DNA from: a candidate division FCPU426 bacterium
Lineage (GTDB): Bacteria > Oederibacteriota > PGYV01 > Palsa-1178
Reading direction: 5' to 3'
DNA: 64,000 nt
NCBI GenBank assembly: GCA_963840035.1
Contig: CAWIXE010000002.1
Location: forward strand, 1,472,001-1,536,000
The stretch's first letter is position 1. The number at the start of each line of letters is the position of its first letter. Position numbers and translations under genes: made by a program. Positions 9,240 to 18,034 of the stretch are shown here, one piece after another. The notes below the pieces were generated by a model. It ran no database searches. It saw only the letters and a list, made by a program, of their open reading frames with translations, and was not told the DNA's origin.

Positions 9240-10474
9240 TCTGTCACCCTCATTACATCGGCAGGTTTCTTGCCGATGGCTAAGAGCGCCGGATATGATG
9301 AAGCCACGACAGATATCAAAATGCCGGTGAGTACGACTACTGCCACAGAAGCAGGCAGGAATACCGTGCCCATGGTCGCGTCAATGGAACCCATGGCTGT
9401 GCCCTGCATGGTCCTGAACATCCTTTCGTAATTGAACGGGTGCGCCTGATAGTACAGGACAAGCATTGTACCCGGTATTATTGCCATCACAGTGCCGATA
9501 ACCCCGAGTATGAATGATTCCGTTGTTATCATAAGGAACATCTGCCGTTTCCCGAGCCCCATGGCCCTCATGGTTCCGAATTCCGGAAGCCTGTTCATGA
9601 TGTTCATAAGAAATGAATTGATGATGCCCACGGAAGCCCCGAAGATTATGATAAAAGACATTATGAATACCGATACCCCAAGCACCTGCAAATAAGAGAC
9701 CAGGAACAGCTGCTCTTTTTGCCACGGCACAGCAGCCGCGTTCTCGGGAAGCACCTTTTCAAGTGTTGCAGCCATTTCCTGCGCCGCCATGGGATCGTCA
9801 ATATTTACCATTATCTTGGTTGCTGCGCCGCTTATGGACAGCAGCTTCTGCGCCAGCGGCAGTCCGCATACAAGCCCGCGTTCGTCAAGCTGCGCCGAGA
9901 AGGTCTTATAAATACCGGCTATAGTGCCTTCCACAGCGCTGATAGAGCCGTACTGGTCAACGGACAGAAGTACCAGTTTGTCTCCGGGTTTTAACCCGAG
10001 TATTTCAGCCCCGCGCTTTCCTATTATAATGTCAGTGCCTTTCTTTATAAATGACCCGCTTATAATGGACGCCGCCAGCCTCTGATAATTCTCAGAAGCC
10101 TTTTCAGGGTCTATGGCGTGGATATAACATTCAAGGTTCTTTTTTTCCGTATTTGCGATAGCCCCGAAGTTTATCTCAGGCCTTACAGACTTTACGCCGG
10201 GAACGCTTTTAAGCGCCTTTAAAAATTGCGGGTCAAGCTTTACGTTGTATTCATTCATGGTAAAATCCATCTCTTTATAGAAAGTCTTATCATAAATATT
10301 GATATGCCCGGAGTCGTTTAAGTAGTCTCCGGTAAGTTTTGCCTTAAACCCGTCCGTAAAAGCCACGCCGAACTGCATTATGAATACGCAGATAAATATG
10401 ACAAGAAGTATGGTAAGACTGGTCCTCCTGTTCTTTATGATGTTACCTATAGCAAGCTTAAGGAACATAAACAT
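9236..10474 (-). CDS. ABC transporter permease, MacB/FtsX/LolE family (type A, copy 2)
   Basis: MNRLPEFGTMRAMG motif; paralog of 11819-13051. Confidence 0.92.
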   Translation of the reverse strand: MFMFLKLAIGNIIKNRRTSLTILLVIFICVFIMQFGVAFTDGFKAKLTGDYLNDSGHINIYDKTFYKEMDFTMNEYNVKLDPQFLKALKSVPGVKSVRPEINFGAIANTEKKNLECYIHAIDPEKASENYQRLAASIISGSFIKKGTDIIIGKRGAEILGLKPGDKLVLLSVDQYGSISAVEGTIAGIYKTFSAQLDERGLVCGLPLAQKLLSISGAATKIMVNIDDPMAAQEMAATLEKVLPENAAAVPWQKEQLFLVSYLQVLGVSVFIMSFIIIFGASVGIINSFLMNIMNRLPEFGTMRAMGLGKRQMFLMITTESFILGVIGTVMAIIPGTMLVLYYQAHPFNYERMFRTMQGTAMGSIDATMGTVFLPASVAVVVLTGILISVVASSYPALLAIGKKPADVMRVTE

Positions 10475-10577
10475 ATTTTTCTCCTGTACAGGGTTTTACA
10501 ATCATCTTCCCTTATACATGTATTATACTCTACAAACCGCTAAATCCGCAATCTACTATCCGCAATCCGCAATTTCC

Positions 10578-11822
10578 CTACCTTACCCCCCTCTTAAGGG
10601 CCTCAACTATATTCGTCTCAGCCGCCTTGTTAGACGGGTATACCGCGCCTATCGCACCCGCTATCATGCAAACAGTTCCGGCTATCAGCCAGTCGGAAAA
10701 ATGATTCATTGCTTTCATCACAGGCTCAAAAGGGACGTTTAAATCCCCGACCCCCATTTCTTTTATGCTGATTCCATGAACATTCAGGTAGTATACCAGC
10801 GGCAGCACAAGCAACCCGCCAAGAATAACCCCGAGCCCGGATAGCGTCATGCCTTCAATAAAGAAGATCGCGCGGACCTGCCCTTTCGACAGCCCGATGG
10901 CCCTCATCGTGCCAATTTCCGCGGTCCTTTCAAAAACGCTTATTGTCAGTGTGTTTATTATAATAAAGACCGCGAGAAAAAGCAGTATTCCAAATATTAT
11001 GCCATAGCTTATAAAGTCCATTTTAGCGGCGGCAATCAGCGAAGGCTGCTCTTCCATCCAGTCGCGCACTACAAGCCCGGGAAATTCCTTATCAACAACG
11101 TTCCTGATATATTTTTTTGCCTCCGCGACATTATCCCTGCTGTCGAGCCTGACTATTATCTCCGTGGCTTCCCCTCCCATGTCGAGGAAATCCGAAACAA
11201 AACCATAATCGGCATATACAACCATTTTCTCCATGAAAGGAAATCCAGCGGAATAAAAACCGGTTGCCGTGGAATCCACGAGGTTGTTTGCTTTTTGCTT
11301 TGTCTGCCCGTATACAAGCAGCGGATCCCCCTCTTTAATTTTCAGCAATTCAGCAAGCCTTTTGCCGACGAGCAGCCCTGACGAACCCTTTTGCGGCGGA
11401 TTACCCGTCACTTTATTGAATACGGATGATATCTTTTTCCCTTTTTCAAAATTAACCCCGTTTAGCACAACCCCTGTTTTGCGTTTTGTATTGCTTAAGA
11501 TGCAGTCCTTTGTTATCCTCGCGTCAGCCGCCACAAAATGAGGTGCCTTGCTTATGGCCGCGATAACCGCTCCGGGGTCCTTTATTGTCAGGTCCAGCGG
11601 CATCCTTCTTTTTTCCCCCACATAAGCGCTGTTATATATCTTAAAATGGCCGCTTGAGAGGTCTATGGACTTTTCAAACATGAGGTTATACTGCCCGGTT
11701 ATCATGCCCAGCAGCGCCACCAGGGCAAACATATTAGCTGCAAAAGTAAGGGCGTTCAAAAGCGAGCGCCTTTTCTGCTTAAAAACATTGTTTAATGCTA
11801 TCTTTATTATTTTTCTGATCAT
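10578..11822 (-). CDS. ABC transporter permease, MacB/FtsX/LolE family (type B, copy 1)
   Basis: SVFERTAEIGTMRAIG; paralog of 7992-9239 (both end in ..RGVR). Confidence 0.92.
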   Translation of the reverse strand: MIRKIIKIALNNVFKQKRRSLLNALTFAANMFALVALLGMITGQYNLMFEKSIDLSSGHFKIYNSAYVGEKRRMPLDLTIKDPGAVIAAISKAPHFVAADARITKDCILSNTKRKTGVVLNGVNFEKGKKISSVFNKVTGNPPQKGSSGLLVGKRLAELLKIKEGDPLLVYGQTKQKANNLVDSTATGFYSAGFPFMEKMVVYADYGFVSDFLDMGGEATEIIVRLDSRDNVAEAKKYIRNVVDKEFPGLVVRDWMEEQPSLIAAAKMDFISYGIIFGILLFLAVFIIINTLTISVFERTAEIGTMRAIGLSKGQVRAIFFIEGMTLSGLGVILGGLLVLPLVYYLNVHGISIKEMGVGDLNVPFEPVMKAMNHFSDWLIAGTVCMIAGAIGAVYPSNKAAETNIVEALKRGVR

Positions 11823-13051
11823 TCCAGCACCCTCAAAATGTCGACAGGCTTCTTACTGACAGCTGTTATGGCCGGATACAGCGAAGCCAGGACCGATATA
11901 AGTATTCCGGTAACAGCCGTTACAATTACGCCCCCCGGTGTCAGGGCAGTCCCAATGAGCGAATCAAGCCCTTTAAAAGAGCTCATCATATCCCCCATTG
12001 CCTCATAATTAATCGGGTTTATCTGGAAATAATATACTAGCGCTATTGCCGGGATTAACCCGGCTATGGTCCCTATGACGCCCTCCAGGAAAGATTCCGC
12101 CATTATCATCATGAACAACTGACTCTTCCCGAGCCCCATCGCCCGGAGCACTCCGAACTCAGGCAGCCTGCTCATAACATTCATCAGAAATGAGTTTATT
12201 ATTCCGAGCCCGGCGACGAATACTATTATGCTTGCCATGATATACACGGCAATGTCCATGCTCTCTATCATGTATTTGATCATGGGCTGTTCCTTATTCC
12301 ACGGCACGCAGATCACACCCTCCTGCAGCGCCTTTTGCATATCTGCCGAGGCATGTTCAGCGCTAAAAGGATCCTTTATATTTATCATTATTTCAGTTAC
12401 CCTGCCTTCCATGGCAAGCAATTTTTGCGCCAGCGGCAGCGCGCAGATGACAAGTCCTTCCTCCTCGGGCGGATTATAATTCCTGAAAAATCCGCTCACC
12501 CTTCCTTCAACGGCGTTTATGGAGCCATACTGGTCCATCGTTAAAAGGATCAGGCTGTCCCCGATTTTCAATTTAAGCAGGGCCGCCATCTTTATGCCGA
12601 TTACCAAATCGCCGGGTTTTTTTATAAAGTTTCCCTGTACAACCGTTTTTTTAAGCTTTTCATACTGCCCTCCGGCAGCCTCAGGGTCAAGCGCGCGCAC
12701 AAGCGTTTCCTGGTTTGAGTATTCGCTGTTAGCCATGGCCCCGAAATTTATCTCCGGCCTTACCGAAACAACGCCCGGCATTGAAAGGATTTTTTCCTCA
12801 GACTTTTTATTCCATTCCACGTTTTCTTCGACCGGCGCGAAATCAAGATTGTTATAATAGCCCGCATTGTATATCTTGACATGTCCAATCGCGCTTAAAG
12901 CCTCGTTAATTATCTTTAATTTAAACCCGTCCATGTATCCGTAAGTAAACTCCATGGCGAACACGCTTATAAACACGGCAATAAGTATGGTCAGGGTATT
13001 CCTGCCGTTCTTGAAAATATTGCCAAGCGCAAGCCTTAAAAAGAAAAACAT
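11819..13051 (-). CDS. ABC transporter permease, MacB/FtsX/LolE family (type A, copy 1)
   Basis: MSRLPEFGVLRAMG; shares VRPEINFGA with 9236-10474. Confidence 0.92.
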   Translation of the reverse strand: MFFFLRLALGNIFKNGRNTLTILIAVFISVFAMEFTYGYMDGFKLKIINEALSAIGHVKIYNAGYYNNLDFAPVEENVEWNKKSEEKILSMPGVVSVRPEINFGAMANSEYSNQETLVRALDPEAAGGQYEKLKKTVVQGNFIKKPGDLVIGIKMAALLKLKIGDSLILLTMDQYGSINAVEGRVSGFFRNYNPPEEEGLVICALPLAQKLLAMEGRVTEIMINIKDPFSAEHASADMQKALQEGVICVPWNKEQPMIKYMIESMDIAVYIMASIIVFVAGLGIINSFLMNVMSRLPEFGVLRAMGLGKSQLFMMIMAESFLEGVIGTIAGLIPAIALVYYFQINPINYEAMGDMMSSFKGLDSLIGTALTPGGVIVTAVTGILISVLASLYPAITAVSKKPVDILRVLE

Positions 13052-13066
13052 GTTTTCACCTGTTTC

Positions 13067-13690
13067 CTATTTATAAATCCCGTATTTTAAAGCCTTATAA
13101 ACAATCTCCATCTTCCGTTTGTAAAACCCTATCATCTTTGCCGGGGTCATGGTGTCATCCGCCTTCATTGCCATTTCATTATCCAGCGCCGAGTCTATAA
13201 GCAGAAGGAGCTCGCCTATCTCTTCCTGCTTAAACCTCAGGTTTGATGTATCAAGCCCGTGAAAGAACATTGCCATAACCGGTTTAATTTTATTCTCAAG
13301 CGCGGCCCTGGTCTTTAGCTGCATTCCGCCGCCGGCCCTTGAGAGCTTCATAAAGAGCTTAAAAAGCCGCGGCTCCTCTTTTTCCCATTCACACGCTTCC
13401 ATCTGCATGGCCACAAACCTGTCGAGTATGTCCGGCGGCAGGTCGTGCATTTTACTGCTCATACGCGTGATAAAATGGTCAAAAGCATGCTCGACTATAT
13501 GCCGGAACATGTGTTCTTTATTTCCAAAATATTTAAATATGCTGCCTTTTGCTATGCCCGCCTTTTTCGCGATGCGGTTAGTGGACGCCATATCATACCC
13601 AACCTCGGCAAACTCATCTATGCAGGCATGGATAATGCGCTCCTGTTTTTCCCTGCTTAACTTCTCAAAAATGCCTTCAGTCTTTTTCAT
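13067..13690 (-). CDS. TetR/AcrR family transcriptional regulator
   Basis: HTH: EFAEVGYDMASTNRIAKKAGIAKGSIFKYFGNKE. Confidence 0.93.
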   Translation of the reverse strand: MKKTEGIFEKLSREKQERIIHACIDEFAEVGYDMASTNRIAKKAGIAKGSIFKYFGNKEHMFRHIVEHAFDHFITRMSSKMHDLPPDILDRFVAMQMEACEWEKEEPRLFKLFMKLSRAGGGMQLKTRAALENKIKPVMAMFFHGLDTSNLRFKQEEIGELLLLIDSALDNEMAMKADDTMTPAKMIGFYKRKMEIVYKALKYGIYK

Positions 13691-13754
13691 ATTTTTCCTT
13701 TTGCACTGTTTTTAATATTTTCTTTGGGATTTGTGATTTGGGCTTTGTGATTAA

Positions 13755-14534
13755 TTATTTATCCTGGTCCGCGTAGCGCCACCAGGCTATTGTCGCGGCA
13801 ATTCCCGCCGCTCCTGTTATTAAGACTATTACCCAGCTTATCAGTCCCGGCTGAAGACCGGCGCCCTTTATCGCATATTGCATCGGAACCGACCACGGAT
13901 AGTACTCTCCGTATCCTATCACCTCGGTAAAATTGATGAACACAGCCGAGAGTATTACAAAGCCCACTGCCGCAAGATACCCCCTCGTAGCGCTTGCGAT
14001 AAAGGCTACCGTTGCATTCAGATATATCACGCCCAGCGTGGCGATAAACAGTTTTAGAAATGTATTTATTGCCGCTGCTTTGTCCCATAAAGGAAGCCCG
14101 ACAATAAACCCGCCCGCAATTGAAAAAATATAAACCAGGATAAAAATTGCGAAACACCAGACGGCAGCAACCGTCATTTTTGAAACCACGATAACCGCCC
14201 TCGGGATTGGAATGGCCAAAAGGTCCTTAACCGTCCTGTCAAGATATTCCCTGCCGAAGACCCAGCTGATTATAAATCCAAAAAGCACTATTTCAATACC
14301 GCATACAGCCTGCGTAAGGAACACAAAATACGAAGGCCAATCGGCAACGCCCATCAGTTTTGCCTTTGCCCCGACCAGCCCGAGCTTGCGCGAGAGTTCC
14401 GGATTTTTCAGGACAAACATCATAAATGACAGCATTGCCGGGATGAATGCCGACAGCACACAAGTAACCGGCAGCACGACGGAACTTACGGCTTTTTTAA
14501 ATTCAGCTTTTATTGATGCCGATATTCCGGTCAT
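13755..14534 (-). CDS. ABC-2 type permease (BcrB/lantibiotic-immunity-like)
   Basis: FGREYLDRTVKDLLAIP motif; start moved to ATG 14534 (ATGA overlap with the ATPase stop). Confidence 0.85.
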   Translation of the reverse strand: MTGISASIKAEFKKAVSSVVLPVTCVLSAFIPAMLSFMMFVLKNPELSRKLGLVGAKAKLMGVADWPSYFVFLTQAVCGIEIVLFGFIISWVFGREYLDRTVKDLLAIPIPRAVIVVSKMTVAAVWCFAIFILVYIFSIAGGFIVGLPLWDKAAAINTFLKLFIATLGVIYLNATVAFIASATRGYLAAVGFVILSAVFINFTEVIGYGEYYPWSVPMQYAIKGAGLQPGLISWVIVLITGAAGIAATIAWWRYADQDK

Positions 14535-15451
14535 CGCGCGCCACCATCCTCCCCGATAATACGCAGGAAGTATTCTTCCAGCCCTTCTTCCTCTATCTTC
14601 AGCATATAAGGCGGTATGCCCGATTTCACAAGCAGCTCCGCCACTTTTTCGGGATTCGACATAGCCTTCGCATCCGGAATAAAGATTGTGCATTCCCCGG
14701 AGATTTCAACCGGGTATCCCTTTGCCGAGAGAGCGCGCGCTGCCTTTTCCCTGTCTTTTACGCCTATTACAAGTTCTTTCTTTCTCAGCCTGTCAAGGCT
14801 CTCAAAATCAGCCTCCTGTATGAGCGCGCCTTTATGTATAATGCCAATGCGTGTTGCCAGCCTTGCCACTTCGCTTAATATATGGCTGGAAATGAATATA
14901 GTAACCCCTGATTCCGCGAGGGACTTTAGAAGCTCCCTTATTTCAACAATGCCTGCAGGGTCAAGCCCGTTAGCGGGCTCGTCAAGAATCAGTATCTCAG
15001 GCGAGTGAATTATTGCTTTTGCGATGCCGAGGCGCTGGGAATTTCCCAGGGAAAGGTTCTTTGCCTTCCTGTCCGCGTATTCATGGAGTTTCATCTTATC
15101 AATGGCGGCTTGAGCGGCTCCCGGCCCTTTTATGCCCCGAAGTGAGGAAAACATCTCAAGGTTTTCCCTGACTGTAAGTTCAGGATAGGCGTATGGCATC
15201 TCAACCAAATGCCCCACCTGCTTCCATATATCGTACTGCCCCGCGTCAACTTTTCTTCCATTTATATAAGCCGACCCTGATGTCGGCTTTATCATCCCGA
15301 GGAGCATACGTATGGTAGTCGTTTTCCCGGCGCCGTTTAACCCGAGGAACCCGTATATTTCCCCTTTTTTAACATTTAAGGAAACATTATTAACGGCTAA
15401 AACTTCCCTGTATTGTTTTGATATGTTTTCCGTGCTTATAACAAAATCCAT
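14531..15451 (-). CDS. ABC transporter ATP-binding protein (BcrA-like)
   Basis: GLNGAGKT, LSLGNSQR, LILDEPANGLDPAG, SSHILSE. Confidence 0.93.
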   Translation of the reverse strand: MDFVISTENISKQYREVLAVNNVSLNVKKGEIYGFLGLNGAGKTTTIRMLLGMIKPTSGSAYINGRKVDAGQYDIWKQVGHLVEMPYAYPELTVRENLEMFSSLRGIKGPGAAQAAIDKMKLHEYADRKAKNLSLGNSQRLGIAKAIIHSPEILILDEPANGLDPAGIVEIRELLKSLAESGVTIFISSHILSEVARLATRIGIIHKGALIQEADFESLDRLRKKELVIGVKDREKAARALSAKGYPVEISGECTIFIPDAKAMSNPEKVAELLVKSGIPPYMLKIEEEGLEEYFLRIIGEDGGAR

Positions 15452-15531
15452 AAATACTCCTTTGTCTCAGCCCATCCGGATCGTGACTTTAATTGAAAAT
15501 TGTAAATAGAAAATTGAAAATTCGCCTTAAT

Positions 15532-15606
15532 ATGACCACTCGGTCACTTTTAAATATATACACCCTCAAATGCCTCTTGTCAAGAAAAAAATGACCGCAT
15601 GGTCAT
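15532..15606 (-). promoter_or_regulatory. Sigma70 promoter flanked by two TGACC-N4-GGTCA operators (likely TetR sites)
   Basis: ATGACCACTCGGTCAC at 15532-15547 and ATGACCGCATGGTCAT at 15591-15606; TTGACA at 15578-15583, 17-bp spacer, TATATA at 15555-15560. Confidence 0.75.
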
Positions 15607-15671
15607 TATTAATACTAAGTCAAAAGTCAAAACTCAAAAGTCTAAAGCAGATCAAGTACTAAAACTACCCC

Positions 15672-15700
15672 TTGAAATCTCAAGTAAATAATTGTAAACT
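15672..15700 (+). promoter_or_regulatory. Putative sigma70 promoter of the transketolase-RLP operon
   Basis: TTGAAA-17-TAAACT. Confidence 0.55.
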
Positions 15701-15731
15701 CAATTGTCTTAAGTAGCCGTAAGGTTCACTT

Positions 15732-15909
15732 GTACTATTAAGAAGATGTGTTTATAGCTTGTCATTGCGAGGAGCCGCTGTTGGTTTATGGCGACGAAGC
15801 AATCTCGTTTTCTCCTTATGGAACAGCGAGATTGCTTCGTCGGCAAGTAATAAAAACGCCTCCTCGCAATGACAAACCTAAAACTGTAAACAGAACATGT
15901 TAACAGTAC
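15732..15909. mobile_element. MITE-like element: 29-bp imperfect terminal inverted repeats enclosing RPE-like copy 2 (15760-15874)
   Basis: GTACTATTAAGAAGATGTGTTTATAGCTT versus the reverse complement of the right end GTACTGTTAACATGTTCTGTTTACAGTTT (22/29 match); no clear target-site duplication. Confidence 0.55.
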
Positions 15910-15960
15910 CGTCTAATTTTAGTTTTTGAATTTTGACTTTTAACTTTATATGAGGTTTAT

Positions 15961-16896
15961 ATGACCCCGGATCAGATAAAAAGAGCTAAAACAGTCGCTT
16001 TTGGCATAAGAAAACGTGTGCTGGAGCATACCATCAATAATAACGGCGGTTACTTAAGCCAGGCCTGCTCTTCCGCCGATGTCCTTGCCGCGCTCTATTC
16101 CGGCTTGATGAAACTTGGCATGCCGTCAAAGCCTCTTGTCCCGAAACCTTTTCCCGGTGTCCCCGGGCCATATAATAAGGAATATTTCACCGGCGGCGAA
16201 TTTAACGGCCCTCATACCCCGGAATATGACCGCTTCATCCTCTCCCCTGCCCAGTACGCGCTTGTATTATACGCGTGCCTCATAGAGACAGGACGCATGG
16301 AGGAATCCGGGTTAAAACAGTTCAACAAGGACGGGTCCTCAGTGGAAATGATTGGCGCCGAGCATTCCCCCGGCATGGAAGTCACCAACGGTTCCCTCGG
16401 CCAGGCAATCAGCCAGGCAGCAGGCATTGCTTTAGCCAAGAAAATGAAAAAGGAAACCGGCCGCGTCTGGGTATTCAAATCAGACGGTGAATTCCAGATT
16501 GGCCAGACATGGGAAGCCATACAGTTCATGGTTTACCACAAACTTGATAACATGACCGTTTATGTCGATGTTAACGGCTACCAGTGTGACGGGAAAATGG
16601 ACGCTGTTATGTCCATCGAGCCGCTGGATAAACGGCTTGAAGCTTTTGGCTGCGTTGTATCGCGGATCAACGGACATGACATTGGCGCAATTGAAGCCGC
16701 CGCATCCGTACCCCATGTAGGCAGGCCGCTGGTGGTGATTTGCGATACCAGCGTAAGTGAAGGCTTGCCTGTCATAAATATCAGCGCCCCGAAGTTCCAC
16801 TATATACGCATGAAAAACGACGAAGAAAAACGCCTCTACAACGAAGCGCTCAATAACATGAAAGGACCCTCCGCCGGCAAAGCGGAAGGCATATAG
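15961..16896 (+). CDS. Transketolase-like protein, N-terminal (ThDP-binding) subunit, divergent active site
   Basis: DRFILS, PGMEVTNGSLGQ, SDGE..N ThDP motif (SDGEFQIGQTWEA...DVNGYQ). Confidence 0.88.
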   Translation: MTPDQIKRAKTVAFGIRKRVLEHTINNNGGYLSQACSSADVLAALYSGLMKLGMPSKPLVPKPFPGVPGPYNKEYFTGGEFNGPHTPEYDRFILSPAQYALVLYACLIETGRMEESGLKQFNKDGSSVEMIGAEHSPGMEVTNGSLGQAISQAAGIALAKKMKKETGRVWVFKSDGEFQIGQTWEAIQFMVYHKLDNMTVYVDVNGYQCDGKMDAVMSIEPLDKRLEAFGCVVSRINGHDIGAIEAAASVPHVGRPLVVICDTSVSEGLPVINISAPKFHYIRMKNDEEKRLYNEALNNMKGPSAGKAEGI

Positions 16897-16904
16897 GGGG
16901 CGTC

Positions 16905-17912
16905 ATGGAAATAGTATCAAGGCCGCACGGGCGCAACCTCATAGAATGGGCAAAGGACAAGCCTAAAGTTATAGTTCTTTCCGCCGACTTAACCGGCTCA
17001 TGCGAGGTTGATACTTTCAGGGACACCTATCCTTCACGCTTTATATCCGCAGGCATTGCCGAGCAGAATATGCTCTCTGTAGCTGCCGGAATGTCGCGCG
17101 AAGGCTTCATTCCATTTGTCCATACATTCGCCGTCTTCATATACCGCAGGGCATTTGACCAGGTAGCCATGTCAGTGGCATATTCAAACCTGCCGGTTAA
17201 AATGTTCGGTTTCCTTCCCGGAGTAATGACCCCGGGCGGAGCGACCCACCAGGCTTTCGAAGACATAGCAATCATGCGTTCCCTTCCCAATATGACTGTT
17301 ATTGATACGGCAGACGCCACAGAAATAGAGACAATGCTCGACCCGGTGCTGGCGGTTAACGGGCCGGTGTATATTCGGATCCTGCGCGGCGATGTGCCGA
17401 GGCTTTTCGATAAAAAAGAGCCATTTAAGCTCTCGGTTAACAGGACGCTTAATACGGGCAGCGATATAACCATAGTGTCATGCGGCATCTGTACTGAAGA
17501 GGCCATAAGGGCTGTCGCGGCACTGCGCTCAAAGGGCATTTCCGCGGGCCACATACATATCTCGACCTTAAAGCCGTTTAACGCCGCTGATATCCTTGAA
17601 GCTGTTTCCGCTTCAAAATACGGCGTAATAAGCGTGGAAAACCATACGACCATTGGCGGCCTTGGCTCCATAATATCCGAGGCCATGGCCGAGGCCGGGC
17701 TGGCAAAGAAAATAGAAAAACTCGGCCTGCAGGACAGGTTCGCTCACGGCGCCTCCAAGCGCTACCTCATGAAAGAGTACGGCTTTGACGCCCCTTCAAT
17801 AGTTGCGGCATATGAGAAGCTGTCGGGTTCCATGACCGGGATATCGGATGAAGAACTTAAGGCAGTCGAAATTAAGCCCGTGCATTCCGCCATGAAAGCG
17901 GAAGACCTTTAA
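16905..17912 (+). CDS. Transketolase-like protein, pyrimidine-binding/C-terminal subunit
   Basis: SADL, GIAEQNM, RAFDQV, GATHQAFED, PVYIR, ENHTTIGGLGS. Confidence 0.9.
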   Translation: MEIVSRPHGRNLIEWAKDKPKVIVLSADLTGSCEVDTFRDTYPSRFISAGIAEQNMLSVAAGMSREGFIPFVHTFAVFIYRRAFDQVAMSVAYSNLPVKMFGFLPGVMTPGGATHQAFEDIAIMRSLPNMTVIDTADATEIETMLDPVLAVNGPVYIRILRGDVPRLFDKKEPFKLSVNRTLNTGSDITIVSCGICTEEAIRAVAALRSKGISAGHIHISTLKPFNAADILEAVSASKYGVISVENHTTIGGLGSIISEAMAEAGLAKKIEKLGLQDRFAHGASKRYLMKEYGFDAPSIVAAYEKLSGSMTGISDEELKAVEIKPVHSAMKAEDL

Positions 17913-17927
17913 TCAATTTTTATATAA

Positions 17928-18011
17928 TGTAGAGAGCCGGCTTGCTGGCTCTCTAACGTGGACCTGTTCTAAAAGCCAAATGTTTTAGAGGGGGCAAGCC
18001 CCCTCTCTACG
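17928..18011. repeat. Inverted GTAG REP doublet (REPIN-like)
   Basis: TGTAGAGAGCCGGC-tt-GCTGGCTCTCTA ... TAGAGGGGGC-aa-GCCCCCTCTCTAC. Confidence 0.75.
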
Positions 18012-18034
18012 AAAACAATAAAGAGCGGTGATCA

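Noticed and set aside
14535..14693. ORF-track N-terminal extensions (also 7001-7048, 21072-21116, 25232-25297, 31653-31757, 54365-54382)
   Set aside because: Better starts with SD sequences or ATGA coupling lie downstream; the extensions overlap neighbouring genes or regulatory DNA.
15706..15930. SAM or other known riboswitch, or 6S RNA, ahead of the TK-RLP operon
   Set aside because: No recognisable aptamer consensus; the central part is a repeat also found at 980-1094.
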